Source: Dickeya solani IPO 2222 (GTDB lineage: Bacteria; Pseudomonadota; Gammaproteobacteria; Enterobacterales; Enterobacteriaceae). From it: a stretch of 32,000 nucleotides of DNA. The DNA lies in the NCBI RefSeq assembly GCF_001644705.1, contig NZ_CP015137.1, positions 2,190,001 through 2,222,000 on the forward strand. Reading direction: 5' to 3'. A program made the position numbers and the translations under genes. Below are positions 30,438 to 32,000 of this stretch, in pieces. Each line of letters opens with the position of its first letter. Within the stretch, counting starts at the first letter, position 1. The notes under the pieces were generated by a model. That model was not told the origin of the DNA and searched no databases. It saw nothing but the letters and a program-made list of their open reading frames with translations.

Positions 30438-30470
30438 TTATTTAGTTCGTCAATATGTCGAACTAAATAA
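30438..30470. promoter_or_regulatory. Perfect 12 bp inverted repeat TTATTTAGTTCG-N9-CGAACTAAATAA upstream of the ABC ATPase gene
   Basis: Read directly. A related half-site, ATAATTTAGTTGG, lies at 30513-30525. This is a candidate operator for the adjacent ROK regulator. Confidence 0.4.
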
Positions 30471-30682
30471 TTAAAAAAATGTGACATCAGGCAGGAATGA
30501 AGAAAATCACTTATAATTTAGTTGGTTATGATAGTTTTTTCTTATCACTACGTTGAGGGTCGCTGTCAGCAAGCGGTTCGATAGGGGGATATATCGGGCA
30601 AGAAAAGCGTGTTTTCCCGCGTGACCTGGCGGTTGTCTCAACTCTGCCATGCCGGAGTGATTCTCCGACATGGCAGGTAGGA

Positions 30683-31882
30683 TCAGAGATGCTTCGGCAA
30701 GGAGATCTGCCGCGATAACTCGGGTAAGCCAAAAAGATAATTATGTAATTTATTCAATGATATAGCAACGGATCCGGTGAGTACCGACTGTGACCCGAGG
30801 GTACTGGACTTGAGCTGGATTGGGTGAGGCGAGCAATTGTTCAGGTAAAAACGAATGCGCTCGGTCAGTTCCGGGCGGATGCCAATATTACCGCCAATGA
30901 TAATGCTTTCAGGGTCAAACATCAGTGACACCGACAGGACCAGTAAGGCTGCGGTACGGGCGGTTTCTTCGATGGTCACGATGGCGGCGGGCTCTTTGTC
31001 GGCGTAACGGCTTAGAATCTCCCGGACCGGCGTATTGGCGGCGCCGCCTGCAAAGTGGTAGCGCTTGCTGATGCCTGCGGCTCCCAGTACCGATTCCAGC
31101 GTCCCCTGACGTAGACTCTCTGACGTATAGGCATCGCCGCCCAGCGGCAGATAAGAGATCTCACCGGCCGCACCCATCGCGCCGCGCAGCAGAATCCCTT
31201 CCAGTATCAGCCCCAGACCAATCCCGGTACCCAGCGAAATGAAGGCCAGTGAGTGATCATCTTGCCCGCATCCCCGCCAGTATTCGCCGATGGCCGCGGC
31301 ATTGATGTCGTTTTCGATTAGCACTTCACAGCCGAAAGCCTGCTGCATGCTGTCTCGTAGCGCGAAGCCGCTCATATTTTTCAGGTTGGGCGCCATATCC
31401 AGCGTGCCGGTTTTCTGATTGATAACGCCGGGAATGGCGACGCTGACGCTGTGCAACTTGCGTTCGTCTATCTGTTGCTGAGCCAGCAAATCCTTTTTTA
31501 ACTGGCACAGGCGATTGACCAGGTTGATGCCGCCCGAGTTATCGTTTTCCTCTTCGTAATGCGCTATTTCGTTGCCGCGGAGGTTAACCAGACTCAGCCG
31601 GATGCTGGTGGCGCCGACATCCATACCCAGCACGTAAGCCAGATCGTCGGCGATCTCGTAATTCATGGCGGCGCGCCCGACCTTACCTGATTCGAGCCCA
31701 CAAGGGCGAACCCACCCCCGCTCTTCCAGGATCAGAATCACTTCAGACATGGTCTGCTTGGATAGCCTGGTCGCTTTCGCCATCGCCGCGCGGGATGCCG
31801 GTCCCGCATGCAGCAGGTACTCCATCACGGCACGGACGGATATCTGGCGAAGAACTGGAACATCAGTTTCTATTTCAATCAC
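30683..31882 (-). CDS. ROK-family transcriptional regulator (NagC/Mlc-like architecture) lacking the zinc-binding cysteine motif
   Basis: N-terminal wHTH (ASRAAMAKATRLSKQTMSEVILILEERGWV) followed by a sugar-kinase-like fold (GMDVGATSIRL, ENDINAAAIGE, SLGTGIGLG, GAAGEI). The usual H...CxCGxxGC region reads GEISYLPLGGDAYTSESL, with no cysteines. Confidence 0.85.
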   Translation of the reverse strand: MIEIETDVPVLRQISVRAVMEYLLHAGPASRAAMAKATRLSKQTMSEVILILEERGWVRPCGLESGKVGRAAMNYEIADDLAYVLGMDVGATSIRLSLVNLRGNEIAHYEEENDNSGGINLVNRLCQLKKDLLAQQQIDERKLHSVSVAIPGVINQKTGTLDMAPNLKNMSGFALRDSMQQAFGCEVLIENDINAAAIGEYWRGCGQDDHSLAFISLGTGIGLGLILEGILLRGAMGAAGEISYLPLGGDAYTSESLRQGTLESVLGAAGISKRYHFAGGAANTPVREILSRYADKEPAAIVTIEETARTAALLVLSVSLMFDPESIIIGGNIGIRPELTERIRFYLNNCSPHPIQLKSSTLGSQSVLTGSVAISLNKLHNYLFGLPELSRQISLPKHL

Positions 31883-32000
31883 TTATTTGTTCTCAATCAT
31901 TCATCGGGACGGTATTGAATCAGGAAATGCGATCACCAGAGATGCCTGCATATTATGCAATAAAAGTGTTATCTCGCTCTCGTTTCTGTTCATCTACCAG

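Noticed and set aside
30526-30732. 68 aa ORF on the - strand between the ROK and ABC ATPase genes.
   Set aside because: It overlaps the 3' end of the ROK gene out of frame, has an Arg/Ser/Pro-rich composition and no RBS. It is treated as part of the regulatory spacer.

Overview
The window looks like chromosomal DNA from a fairly GC-rich member of the Enterobacterales. Many proteins are near-collinear with E. coli Glk, AvtA, GhrB, Tag, GlyQ, GlyS and BhsA as I recall them; the species cannot be determined from the sequence alone. I call about 27 protein-coding features and no tRNA, rRNA, CRISPR array, transposase or integrase. Housekeeping genes (glk, avtA, ghrB, a yiaC-like GNAT, tag, glyQ, glyS) are interleaved with four accessory blocks.

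1. **Oxalate catabolism module, 946-8693.** An OxlT-like antiporter, oxalyl-CoA decarboxylase, two diverged formyl-CoA transferase paralogs with a stand-alone PAS protein between them, and a divergent LysR regulator. It is visibly more AT-rich than its flanks.
2. **Small regulatory block, 9044-10428.** A GNAT acetyltransferase ending in a 5 x 15 bp in-frame tandem repeat, then a MarR regulator and a divergent small gene separated by twin palindromic operators.
3. **Uncharacterised seven-gene neighbourhood, 11611-19316.** A family-5 ABC importer (binding protein, two permeases, fused double ATPase), a luciferase-like flavin monooxygenase and a fused CMD/AhpD-like CxxC protein. I consider this the best candidate for an undescribed metabolic system.
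4. **Sugar-type ABC ATPase and ROK regulator, 29236-31882.** A MalK-like ATPase with no adjacent permease, downstream of a ROK-family regulator that lacks the zinc cysteine motif, with AT-rich palindromes between them.

Other notable items:
- a perfect 6 x 16 bp tandem repeat forming the upstream region of tag
- a TSUP-transporter C-terminal remnant
- a 555 bp non-coding gap where E. coli carries bisC and yiaD
- several strong hairpins

All family assignments come from reading the translations and from recalled reference sequences. No database search was run.
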